Shown here: piece after piece, positions 31,680 through 39,979 of the stretch | How positions within the stretch are numbered: position 1 is the first letter of the stretch | Layout: every line of letters starts with the position of its first letter | Assembly (NCBI GenBank): GCA_031370005.1 | Contig: JANMPT010000003.1 | Span: 1-64,000, forward strand | From: Bdellovibrionales bacterium | GTDB taxonomy: Bacteria > Bdellovibrionota > Bdellovibrionia > Bdellovibrionales > Bdellovibrionaceae | Reading direction: 5' to 3' | DNA: 64,000 nucleotides | Notes under the pieces: model-generated | The model's input: only the letters and a program-made list of their open reading frames with translations | What the model was told of the DNA's origin: nothing | The model's database searches: none | Made by a program: the position numbers and the translations under genes

Positions 31680-33355
31680 ATACCTACAGTACTCGAGCCG
31701 GCACGGGTTTGAGGAAATGGGATCACAGAACCTTCTTTTTTCAAATTTATAGAAATTCCATCGGTGCCGGTTGCTTTGAAGGGTGACGAAGTTTCTTCAT
31801 CTTGTGGAGTTTCTGCGCCCTTTGCGGGCGCATACATTCCAATTTTGATTTTGGTTGGCTGAATCTCGATAAATTTAATCAGGTTTGCGAAAATCGGTCT
31901 TTGATTTTCAGGCTCTGAAATCTCAAGTCTATTAATAGTCTGCTTAATCCTATCTTTAAGACCATCTTCGTTAATTTGCTCAGACATAATCTGCATCGAT
32001 TGAGATCTGAGTTTTTCTTTCGCAAATTTCAAATCGGCGAGCTTCACATTCAATTGTTTGATCTGCTCGTAGAATTGATCGGCGGGAAGATCTGCCGGCA
32101 ACTCTGAAACTCTTTGCACAAGATTTGTGATCTTCTTGGCCGTTGTTTGAATTTCCGTGTCCATCACCTTTTGACGTGATTGCATCTCAGGCCAGTCACT
32201 TATGGACTTTTCTTTGTAAATGGCAATCCACTTTTCTATAAGGCCAGGTTCATTGAGAAGTTGTTTTAAGGACTTTAAAACAATCTCCTCTAACCGGTAA
32301 GCTCTCACGTTCTTGACCTGGCATTTAGGTTTTAGCTCCTGGGCCAGCGGATTCTTGATCTGCGAATGCCCATAGTAAAAATGCTTTTCTTTCCGGCCAA
32401 TGCCGGATTTCCCACCCATAGCTTTGCCACACTCACTGCATTGAATGAGTTCCGTCAGTGGAAAGGCATGATTTTTCCAGTCCTCAGGTTTATATTTATT
32501 TTTGTTCTTATGAAGGCGCTCTTGTACTTTGTTAAAAAAGGCTTCCTCGATGATTGGTTTCCAAACGGCAGAGACCAGCTCTCGATTTCCGTCAACATGA
32601 GCCACTTCGCGCTTTCCTAGGTAAATGGGGTTTGTCAAAAGACTTTGCAGAGTGTCCACGGTAAAAACATTACCGCCCTTATCAAGGCCGTGCTTGTTGG
32701 TGTACTTTTTGTTAAAGATTCCTTCTTTAATCAATCTGATTTGGGTCTTTCGGACTGATCCTTCCTCTATAAAAGTCTCAAATATTTTTATAACATCTGC
32801 CGATTCAAGATCGTTAATGAGCAGTTCACCTTTGTTCTTGGGGTTTCGGTCATATCCTAGGGGGATGCTTCCACCGTTCCAAAGGCCACGTTTTGCCCGG
32901 CTAAGCCAGTTGGCAGAAATTCTCTCAGCGGTTTGTTTGCGCTCGTACTGGGCATAATTTATGAGGTTAAAAACCATCATCTCGCCCGATGCAGTTGTGG
33001 TATCAAAAGATTCTCGAAGGGTGATGAAGCTGGCCTGATGCTTTTTTAACAGATCCCTGATGTCACAAAAATCACGAATATTACGGGATAAACGGGACAG
33101 CTCAGTTGCCAAAATCAAATTCACACGGCCGCCCTGGACGTCGGCTAGCATTCTTCTGAACTCAGGCCGATTCATATCTTTGGCAGATCTACCTTCGTCA
33201 CAATAGAATTCTACAATGTGACCCCAGTTGGCCTTGAGCTTGTTTTGATATTCCACATACTCAACAATTCGATTTTTCTGCGAGACCAGGGAGCCATCTA
33301 CAATTCTGGCCTGCTCTTCCGTCGATACCCGAATGTACACTCCGCAACGCTTCAT
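31658..33355 (-). CDS. Large serine recombinase (resolvase + recombinase + zinc ribbon + coiled coil)
   Basis: YIRVSTEEQ catalytic Ser, RPEF..ML, LSRLSRN, GLWNGG..PLGY, L.NPIYLG, CSECG zinc ribbon; last codons and stop lie in the antisense of tRNA-Leu. Confidence 0.95.
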   Translation of the reverse strand: MKRCGVYIRVSTEEQARIVDGSLVSQKNRIVEYVEYQNKLKANWGHIVEFYCDEGRSAKDMNRPEFRRMLADVQGGRVNLILATELSRLSRNIRDFCDIRDLLKKHQASFITLRESFDTTTASGEMMVFNLINYAQYERKQTAERISANWLSRAKRGLWNGGSIPLGYDRNPKNKGELLINDLESADVIKIFETFIEEGSVRKTQIRLIKEGIFNKKYTNKHGLDKGGNVFTVDTLQSLLTNPIYLGKREVAHVDGNRELVSAVWKPIIEEAFFNKVQERLHKNKNKYKPEDWKNHAFPLTELIQCSECGKAMGGKSGIGRKEKHFYYGHSQIKNPLAQELKPKCQVKNVRAYRLEEIVLKSLKQLLNEPGLIEKWIAIYKEKSISDWPEMQSRQKVMDTEIQTTAKKITNLVQRVSELPADLPADQFYEQIKQLNVKLADLKFAKEKLRSQSMQIMSEQINEDGLKDRIKQTINRLEISEPENQRPIFANLIKFIEIQPTKIKIGMYAPAKGAETPQDEETSSPFKATGTDGISINLKKEGSVIPFPQTRAGSSTVGIGARGGT

Positions 33356-33546
33356 GCGACCTCGCTTTCGATAAAGTCCTTTTGAATGGCCTCAGTTTTA
33401 TCATGGTCATTGCCCATTTCAAGTAGGCATTTTATGACGCGAGCTACGCGCTCGTTATAATCTTCCTCAGTTATTTTAATCTTCACGACCGCCACATTTT
33501 CTTCGTAAACGTAATCATTTTTAGAACCCATTATTTTAATCCCCAC
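33352..33546 (-). CDS. Small hypothetical protein coupled to the recombinase (possible directionality factor, unproven)
   Basis: GGAGG upstream; ATGA overlap with the recombinase start. Confidence 0.6.
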   Translation of the reverse strand: MGIKIMGSKNDYVYEENVAVVKIKITEEDYNERVARVIKCLLEMGNDHDKTEAIQKDFIESEVA

Positions 33547-33626
33547 ATACCAATCACCTCCCGGCTCAAGTTTTATTTTTCAAATTTTCATGCCTCCGTT
33601 TTTCCTTTCTTCGTTTTCAGTTTTAG

Positions 33627-34616
33627 TTATCCACATTTCTCATAACCCCTCTCCGTCACATCTTTATCAGTCCCAGATCCCTCTTCTCCGGCCACAGCTT
33701 CTGACCCCAGTCCACCTTTCGTTGGGGGAGTGGGGTCAGAAGCGATCAGTGGCCGGTTCCCAGGTTCTGTTTTTTCTGAATTTATTTGTGATGGAGAGGG
33801 GTTATCTGCAATTTCCGCGTTCAAATTTTGGTCGGCTTTGTTGCTCACCCCTTGAGTAGCTTTGTTTCCCTCTGATTTCCACACATCAAAGGCCAATTCG
33901 CCAAATGAGACAAAGCGGCTATCTTTTAAAAAGAAAACTTTTGAGTCTCTTTTATTCTTAAAAAAGTCATTAAGGTGGCTCACAAAGATATGCTGCCGAT
34001 CATTTCTAAAACTTTGCTTTTGCCAACCGGCTTTAAGTGCATGGACAAGGCCCTTGTCTTTGATGAAGTACCAAATAATATCAATACGGTTTTTGTCAGC
34101 GTACTCAGTGAATGTTTCCCGGTATCTCAAGTGGCTTTTCTGAGTAAGCTCTAGCTCCACCGCAATCACCAAAGCTTTGCCATTCATCATCTCCGCCATG
34201 AGCCCATCTGGGATGATTTTGTTACGGGCTTTTTTATAATCATGTCTGAAAGCTCCTGCCTTCATGACACATTCGGAAGTCCACTCAAGGCCAAGATTCA
34301 TTGCCTCAAAGGCAAGTCTCAAGTCATTCAAAAGCACATCATGTTCAATGGTGTTGCGGTTTGAAAATTTAAATGAGTCTTCTAAACCGAGAAGTCTTCG
34401 GCCGCCAACATCAAGCCGCCAGGTGTTTGTGCCATTCTTTAATGTCACTCCGCGAGAGATAAAACGCCCTTCCTCTAAAAGGCGCAGCCGCTTCATGACA
34501 GTGGTGTGGGCAACACCCTTAAAAAAGAGAGCCCCAATTTGACGAGTCGAGAGGACTCCAAATTTATAAATACTGGCAATAATTTCTTTGTCCCTTGCCT
34601 GTAACTTCATCCCCAA
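33627..34616 (-). CDS. Replication-relaxation (Replic_Relax) family protein
   Basis: N-terminal wHTH (L..RD..I...YKFGVLSTRQI...RL..L), EHD.LLNDLR, IPDG and AVELELTQKS..RY PD-(D/E)xK-like motifs. Confidence 0.8.
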   Translation of the reverse strand: MGMKLQARDKEIIASIYKFGVLSTRQIGALFFKGVAHTTVMKRLRLLEEGRFISRGVTLKNGTNTWRLDVGGRRLLGLEDSFKFSNRNTIEHDVLLNDLRLAFEAMNLGLEWTSECVMKAGAFRHDYKKARNKIIPDGLMAEMMNGKALVIAVELELTQKSHLRYRETFTEYADKNRIDIIWYFIKDKGLVHALKAGWQKQSFRNDRQHIFVSHLNDFFKNKRDSKVFFLKDSRFVSFGELAFDVWKSEGNKATQGVSNKADQNLNAEIADNPSPSQINSEKTEPGNRPLIASDPTPPTKGGLGSEAVAGEEGSGTDKDVTERGYEKCG

Positions 34617-35215
34617 TGTCCTTTGATGATTTCATTGATGGCTTTTTTGCTCACGACTTTAAGACTTTTCTCGTGAGCTTGACGGGCCAGCTCCTCGGAA
34701 ATCTTGCGCTCATATTCAACCTCCTGGGCCTTCAGAATTTCCAACTGCTTCGCCTCATACTTTTTACGGCGTTCATTGGCCGCAGTGATTTTGGCTTGTT
34801 CCATCTGCTGACGCTGTTCTTCCGGCAAAGCCATATAGGCATTTTCTTTTTCAATTCGCCCCAACTCAATCCGCTGAAGAATAGCCTGGCATTCCAGTTC
34901 ATCCAGCTCGGCTTGGGTGAGACGCTTTTCTTCGGCCAATTGCTTTTGCTTGTGGGTCCAATTATTCAAAAAGAATTTCAAGGCAGGGGTAGAAATCAGA
35001 AATAGAAAAAATAGGCCAGCGCAGATCAGGCAAAGGTAAACTGCATTGACCTCCATGCGCCATAGAGGCCCAACAAGACCATCCCAAAGGAAATGGCCCC
35101 TGTGATCAAGACCACTGATCCAAAAGCCCCAACGAAGCACGTTAAAGAGAAATACACACATGCCCAGTTTTATTAAGAGCACTTTCTCAAAATTTTTTAT
35201 AGGCACCTCCCTCAT
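34607..35215 (-). CDS. Hypothetical membrane protein with coiled-coil tail
   Basis: Two hydrophobic segments, charged C-terminus; overlaps the relaxase-like gene. Confidence 0.6.
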   Translation of the reverse strand: MREVPIKNFEKVLLIKLGMCVFLFNVLRWGFWISGLDHRGHFLWDGLVGPLWRMEVNAVYLCLICAGLFFLFLISTPALKFFLNNWTHKQKQLAEEKRLTQAELDELECQAILQRIELGRIEKENAYMALPEEQRQQMEQAKITAANERRKKYEAKQLEILKAQEVEYERKISEELARQAHEKSLKVVSKKAINEIIKGHWG

Positions 35216-35340
35216 TTAAAAATCACTCGCTTCTCATAGGTAATATCAAAAACGATGCCGTATTCGTGTCGCAGAGTGATTTTTCTATAAGCCTTTGTTT
35301 TCAAGACACAAAAATGATTTCCATACTTTTTGTGGCCCGC

Positions 35341-35709
35341 TTTAAGTGACGAAACTTCGTCACTTAAAATTTAGGCTCGCCCTCGGTTTTGAACCTCAAT
35401 TGAATCAATTCACCAACTTAGCAACGACGAGACCTCGACACGATTTGACGAACATTCGTCGCACACGACTTTTTAAAATTGCAAGGCCATGCCAGCATGA
35501 CCGAAAAGTGATTTAAGTTTTGGGAAACTCAAACGAATATTGAGATCCATCTCAATATGATAGGGCTGAAAAGTTTCAAATAATTTGAAACTTTTTTTTG
35601 GGTCTTGAATGAAATCATAGACTTGAGTCATTTCAAATTTCTTGAAGACTTTCAGGAAATTTGAAACCTCAAGCTCTGGCTGGGTTTTTCGGGTGACGAA
35701 ATTTCGTCA
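35341..35709. repeat. Cluster of palindromic sites in the non-coding region
   Basis: TTTAAGTGACGAA-AC-TTCGTCACTTAAA (35341-35368), GACGAA-CA-TTCGTC (35447-35460), TGACGAAATTTCGTCA (35694-35709), ATATTGAGAT-CC-ATCTCAATAT (35537-35558), AAAAGTTTCAAA-TAA-TTTGAAACTTTT (35569-35595). Confidence 0.85.
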
Positions 35710-35826
35710 TTTCAGAGGTCGACTTTACCGGTAATCGCAGTGGGTATAAGTGCTTAAAATTGTTGAGGTAAATCGGCTACGTTTTTAGACTAAAATTTCG
35801 ATGCCGATGAAATCAATTTATCCGTG

Positions 35827-35852
35827 GGGTTCGAATCCCTCCCTCTCCGCCA
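35827..35852 (+). other. Isolated 3' fragment of a tRNA-Ser (att-like relic)
   Basis: GGGTTCGAATCCCTCCCTCTCCGCCA = T-loop + acceptor 3' strand + G discriminator + CCA; no 5' half upstream. Confidence 0.75.
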
Positions 35853-35946
35853 TTTCCGAAAGTCTGGTTGTGAAAGGCGACCTCAATAAGGACGGTTGGG
35901 AATAAACCCTCGGGGGAATAAAGAAGAGAGCAAGCCCAAACGGCCG

Positions 35947-36813
35947 TCACAATAGTGATGAAAGATTTTCGGTAAGAAATTTTTTAAATGAAATAGCATC
36001 TCGCTTCAAAATATCGGAAACCACAGATGTTGGTTTAGAGAACTGGCCATTTGCGATGTTCTCACCCAGTTTCGTGAGATCGCTTGCCAACCAAGCGGGA
36101 TATCCCATAGCAGTTAGCCCCTGCACGAGTTGTTGAGAAGGCATGTTTACATAATTTATTTCTCTTTTTAAAAGTGAAGTTAGCGCCTCTGCCGCATCGC
36201 TGAACGAAATCGCCTCACTTCCCGAGATCACATAAGTTTTTCCCGCGTGACCGTTTTCCTGAAGGCAGGCGACGGCTACTGCGGCAATGTCGCGAGCATC
36301 AACCATTGCGAGTAAACCATCACTATAATTTCCATACACTGCATTCTGTGATTTAATCGCCCCAGCCTGTGCAATGAAGTTCTGCATAAAAAAATAGGGT
36401 TGCAGGATTGAAAATGAAATTTCAGAGTTTTTTAGGTAATCGTCAGCTTTGGCATGCTGTTGTGCTTGTGATATTGGAGAATCCTTACTTGCTCCAGCCC
36501 CGGAAAGCATAACGATTCGCCTTACGCCAACCTTTTTAGCAACATCAATAGCATTTTTCTTCAATTCAGCTTCATTTTGAGTAGGGGGTGCCAACAAAAA
36601 AAGCCTTTCAATTCCGGTGAGTGCTTTTTCCAGGCTAGACAAATCCTCTAAATCCCCAGTTACCGCTTCGATATTGAGTTCCTCCGCCATCTTCGCGGAT
36701 TTGGAACTGCGAGAAAGCATTTTTGTTTGAATATGCGATTTAGAAAGTTGTTTGAGAACCTCGATTCCAACTTTGCCCGTACCGCCAATAACGAGAATCA
36801 TATTACGCTCCAT
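35947..36813 (-). CDS. NmrA-like / atypical SDR NAD(P)-binding oxidoreductase
   Basis: ILVIGGTGKVG Rossmann motif, LQPYFFMQN, VDARDIAAVA, GKTYVISG. Confidence 0.9.
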   Translation of the reverse strand: MERNMILVIGGTGKVGIEVLKQLSKSHIQTKMLSRSSKSAKMAEELNIEAVTGDLEDLSSLEKALTGIERLFLLAPPTQNEAELKKNAIDVAKKVGVRRIVMLSGAGASKDSPISQAQQHAKADDYLKNSEISFSILQPYFFMQNFIAQAGAIKSQNAVYGNYSDGLLAMVDARDIAAVAVACLQENGHAGKTYVISGSEAISFSDAAEALTSLLKREINYVNMPSQQLVQGLTAMGYPAWLASDLTKLGENIANGQFSKPTSVVSDILKRDAISFKKFLTENLSSLL

Positions 36814-36828
36814 CTTGCTAATGTGGGT

Positions 36829-37269
36829 TTAAGTCAGAAGCTTGTGCAACTTCTCAAATGAGCTTTCCCAGCCATGGGTGTGGCCGGAGCAATCCTTTTC
36901 ATCAATGAATCCAGTTTGACTAAGCGTGATTTCAGTCCCATCAGCTACTTTTCGAAATTCAACTGTCACCGTTGTGTGTGGCGCGGGACCTCTCCAAGTA
37001 CCTGTGCAATCAAATACAAGGCGCTCATTTGGAACAATTTCCATGTAGGTGCCAGACATGTTGCCGGTAGTCTGTTGGCCACGCATCTCTCCTTCCATAG
37101 AAATAACAAATTTTCCGCCCACTTTAAAATCAACTTGGACCTCAGGAATTGATAATGTTCCCGGAGCAAACCAGCTTTTTAGTAAATTTGGGCTTTTCCA
37201 AGCATCAAAAACTTTCTCCGGGGACGCCTTTATCGTCTTTTTCATTTGTACTTTAATGTTTGGGTTCAT
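36829..37269 (-). CDS. SRPBCC/AHSA1 domain protein
   Basis: I.ASPEKVFDAW..P.LL..WF, DFKVGG, Y.EIVPNERL, H.HGW; GGAG RBS before ATG 37269. Confidence 0.9.
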   Translation of the reverse strand: MNPNIKVQMKKTIKASPEKVFDAWKSPNLLKSWFAPGTLSIPEVQVDFKVGGKFVISMEGEMRGQQTTGNMSGTYMEIVPNERLVFDCTGTWRGPAPHTTVTVEFRKVADGTEITLSQTGFIDEKDCSGHTHGWESSFEKLHKLLT

Positions 37270-37597
37270 GTTTTTTCTCCTCCAAAAGTTCTTGAAGCGC
37301 GTCCAAACGATTGCCCCAAAATTGTTGATAATATGAAATCCATTGATCTGCCGTCTTAAGAGTCTCGGCATTGAGACTGACAATCTGATAACTGCCCTCT
37401 TTTTTCCTGTCGATTAACTTTGCGTTCTCAAGCACCTTGAGATGCTTCGATACAGCCGCTAAAGACATTGTAAATGGCTTGGCAATTTCGCTCACGGTTT
37501 TTTGCTTCTTCGATATGCCTCGCATTATGGAGCGACGAGTAGAATCTGCCAAAGCATGAAAAATTAGGTCTAATTGTCCTATTTCAGATTTAACCAT
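37253..37597 (-). CDS. ArsR/SmtB family transcriptional regulator
   Basis: FHALADSTRRSI, MSLAAVSKHLKVLE.A.LI, FW..RLDAL. Confidence 0.93.
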   Translation of the reverse strand: MVKSEIGQLDLIFHALADSTRRSIMRGISKKQKTVSEIAKPFTMSLAAVSKHLKVLENAKLIDRKKEGSYQIVSLNAETLKTADQWISYYQQFWGNRLDALQELLEEKKHEPKH

Positions 37598-37645
37598 ATG
37601 GTTTAATGATAACAGATTCTACTATAGAGTCAACCATTTGGTTAA
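37590..37645. promoter_or_regulatory. Two probable ArsR operators
   Basis: AACC-ATAT-GGTT (37592-37603, over the start codon) and AACC-ATTT-GGTT (37632-37643). Confidence 0.7.
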
Positions 37646-37829
37646 ATCATTGAAAAGGTTCGGAATTAATCGAGCTCTCGGAAATAATCTCAGAATTCAG
37701 CATTGGGCATTACCGGACAGAAGTGCCACCCAAGTTACTCTTTTAAAGAAAATCGAGAGCGAATTAAGATTTGCGCTTTTTTCCCCAATCGTACATGGCA
37801 TCCAATATCGGTCGAAGGCTCCTGCCTGA

Positions 37830-38276
37830 ATCCGTCTTCTATTTTTATTTGTTTCTCAAGCCTTTGCCCAGAATATCCCGACCGAGTCTCCGGTGCTTGA
37901 GGATGTGATCATCAACTCGATGAGCGTCACTTACCCTTCTCCTTATAAGATTTCGATGGCAACTTATCTTGGACAAGCTCCGAAATATCGGCAGACGGCT
38001 ACATATAATTGTGGACTGAGTGCACGCAACGGCTATGACCTCTGGTGCTGGGGATTTTCTGGGGGCGGCGCCCAATTGCGTATGTTTCCAGATTTGGGAA
38101 TCGATTCGAAAAATTTGCGCCTTCCCCCCGAGTCAGGGAACACCTTTGCCCGTATGAATACGACCAAGACCAATTGCGAGAAAATGCAACAGGATCTTGC
38201 AAATGCGAGCTCAGAGAAACAATTTGTTCTCCGCGTTTATGGCAACAGAAGCTTTACTTTAACTCCACGGCCTTAA
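37830..38276 (+). pseudogene. Probably 5'-truncated secreted-protein gene
   Basis: Frame upstream of GTG 37893 reads RLLFLFVSQAFA|QNIP (end of a signal peptide) back to a TGA at 37827 with no ATG. Confidence 0.5.
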
Positions 38277-38291
38277 ACGAAGTTGCAACCC

Positions 38292-38534
38292 CTATGCTTT
38301 CTTTCTAAAAACGGTCTGCTCAAGCTTTTCTAGACGGTCCTCTACAGAGTCATGGGACTCAATAGATTTTCTGAGAAACCAATTTAAGAAGGTTTGGTAT
38401 CCCATTCCTTGTTTCTCGCCCTCAGATTCCAACCATTCAATGACCTCAGCATCAAGCCGAAAAGTCTTGATGACTTTGATGTCTTTTGCTTTTTTACCCC
38501 TTTTTGCCTTTGAGAAATCATATTCATTTTTCAT
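38292..38534 (-). CDS. BrnA-like antitoxin
   Basis: MKNEYDFSKAKRG, T.RLD.EVIEW, GYQT.LN.FLR. Confidence 0.9.
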   Translation of the reverse strand: MKNEYDFSKAKRGKKAKDIKVIKTFRLDAEVIEWLESEGEKQGMGYQTFLNWFLRKSIESHDSVEDRLEKLEQTVFRKKA

Positions 38535-38537
38535 AAC

Positions 38538-38816
38538 TCACCTCGAAAGATATTGGTTTGACTCGGTTTTGGTGGCTGGTCTTGCAGAGATAATTCGGAC
38601 CCGCTCACCCTCAATTTTTTCACAATAAACAACCACTAACAAATTGGCCTTTCGTGATATCCCCAGCCTAAGCCATCTCTCTTCATCATGAGAGTGTTCT
38701 GGGTCTGGAGTTTCTAGGGCAGAATTATCAAGCCAAATGGTTATTGCCTCAGAAAAGCGAATCCCATGCTTTTTATAGTTGCTGTCTGCCTTGGTGTCGT
38801 CCCACTCAAAGTCCAT
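38538..38816 (-). CDS. BrnT family toxin (ribonuclease)
   Basis: FEWD.TK..SN.KKHGIRF.EA, HS.DEERW..LG, RIISARPAT. Confidence 0.93.
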   Translation of the reverse strand: MDFEWDDTKADSNYKKHGIRFSEAITIWLDNSALETPDPEHSHDEERWLRLGISRKANLLVVVYCEKIEGERVRIISARPATKTESNQYLSR

Positions 38817-38821
38817 AATTC

Positions 38822-38850
38822 ACTATATTATATTGTTATTACTTTGTAAA
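38822..38850 (-). promoter_or_regulatory. Sigma70-type promoter of brnTA
   Basis: TTTACA-N17-TATAGT ending 5 nt before the ATG. Confidence 0.6.
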
Positions 38851-38865
38851 TACATTTTTAAAATC

Positions 38866-39097
38866 TCATATAGTTGGTTTTAAAGCGTTTTGCCGCACAA
38901 AGGCCTCTGAAGCCCCAATGGCCCTCGCTGTTTTCCCGGAATTCCCATATTTCTTGATAAGCGTCAGCAGGTCGGCCGGCAAAAGGGCCTTCGGCTCCGC
39001 AACAACCTCAAATTCAGCTTGAAACACCGGCTCAGATCGAAATAAAGTGCTCGCAGAGATGGCGAGCGGTTCGTCTACTTCGGTGACTTTGGCACCA
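38866..39097 (-). other. Orphan reading frame: predicted displaced C-terminal tail of the serine recombinase (HTH-like end)
   Basis: Same frame as the recombinase across the GGT-GCN core; reads GAKVTEVDEPLAI...KKYGNSGKTARAIGASEAFVRQN. Confidence 0.6.
39068..39097 (+). repeat. att-like tRNA-end mimic, copy 1
   Basis: GGTTCGTCTACTTCGGTGACTTTGGCACCA. Confidence 0.65.
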
Positions 39098-39120
39098 TTT
39101 AACATTTTCAGTCACTTGTA

Positions 39121-39162
39121 CCAATACGGCGAATGGCTTTTTCAATTCAAATTCAATACTTA
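39121..39162 (+). repeat. 42-bp direct repeat, copy 1
   Basis: CCAATACGGCGAATGGCTTTTTCAATTCAAATTCAATACTTA, identical to 40718-40759. Confidence 0.95.
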
Positions 39163-39255
39163 CACCCTTCTAGCCCCTGATATACGTTGGACATATTTAC
39201 GACGGCTTTCGAAGTGCCGAGGGGCAAATGGCTAAGAAAGGCAGTGTAATTGATT

Positions 39256-39453
39256 TTAACGCCATTCATAGTGTCCCATGTGAGGTGTTTTTTTCAAATG
39301 TAATTTAAGGCCGTTGATATCTTGCTCAAGTTCAAGAAACTTTCGGTCCGCGAACTCTTGAGACTGCTCAAGGTTGTGAGTGTAAAGCCAGAATGCAGCC
39401 TCTTCTAGCTCAGCTTTGAACTTGTCGGATTCGAGGATTTCAAATGCTTGCAT
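39256..39453 (-). pseudogene. Truncated RelE/ParE-like toxin
   Basis: 65 aa directly after the antitoxin; ParE-like N-terminus (..AELEEAAFW..L...PHMG) that ends before the usual C-terminal strands. Confidence 0.6.
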
Positions 39454-39756
39454 TTAGCCGACGGCTTTCTTCGTTCTCTTTGCATTGAGGGCTCGTGTTT
39501 TGGCGCGATTCAAAGTGTCCTTTGTCGATTGGTCCGTGACACGACTCACTCGTCCTTGAGCAATATCAACAAGGCCAACAGTCAGCCCATGCAGCCTAGC
39601 AAGATCGAGCTGCATTTTCTCAAAAACGTCGGCATTAAGAAGAACGAAGGCTTCCCCAGATTTTCGAGTGATTTTAACAGGCTCAACCCTTGCGGCTTCC
39701 ATCCACTCTTTCATATTTGATCTGAAGTCATTGGCATTTGTTCTGTCCATAGACAC
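39454..39756 (-). CDS. Phd/YefM family antitoxin
   Basis: NANDFRSNM.EWM.AA..EPV.ITRKSG..FVLL; AGGAGG RBS. Confidence 0.88.
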   Translation of the reverse strand: MSMDRTNANDFRSNMKEWMEAARVEPVKITRKSGEAFVLLNADVFEKMQLDLARLHGLTVGLVDIAQGRVSRVTDQSTKDTLNRAKTRALNAKRTKKAVG

Positions 39757-39769
39757 CTCCTATTCTTAA

Positions 39770-39798
39770 ATAGTACACTTAACCGTACTGTTAGCCAA
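39770..39798 (-). promoter_or_regulatory. Sigma70-type promoter with AGTAC-N8-GTACT operator
   Basis: TTGGCT-N17-TACTAT on minus; inverted repeat at 39772-39789. Confidence 0.6.
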
Positions 39799-39895
39799 GA
39801 TGCTATTTTATCAGAAAAGTACCGTGTCTTGACTGGTAAAGCGAATACAACGTGATTGCATCCACTGTATAGGATACGTTTTATCCATTGCCAGA

Positions 39896-39925
39896 GGTTC
39901 TTCTAGCCTACGGCCGTGGGCACCA
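39896..39925 (+). repeat. att-like tRNA-end mimic, copy 2
   Basis: GGTTCTTCTAGCCTACGGCCGTGGGCACCA; same length and anchors as copy 1. Confidence 0.6.
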
Positions 39926-39979
39926 CTGATTTTCGGGTCCACCCCGAAGACATAGGGAACACTTTTCGGTATCTGCGGT

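Larger units (their letters stand above)
31674..39097. mobile_element. Putative integrative (mobilizable) element at tRNA-Leu; attL at the tRNA 3' end, candidate attR at 39068-39097
   Basis: Serine recombinase abutting the tRNA, relaxase-like gene, cargo and TA module; shared core GCACCA at 31674-31679 and 39092-39097. Confidence 0.65.

Noticed and set aside
31518..31712. 64-aa plus-strand ORF
   Set aside because: It is a translation of the tRNA-Leu gene.
35790..35852. Complete tRNA-Ser gene
   Set aside because: No acceptor 5' strand, D-arm or anticodon arm upstream; kept only as a fragment.
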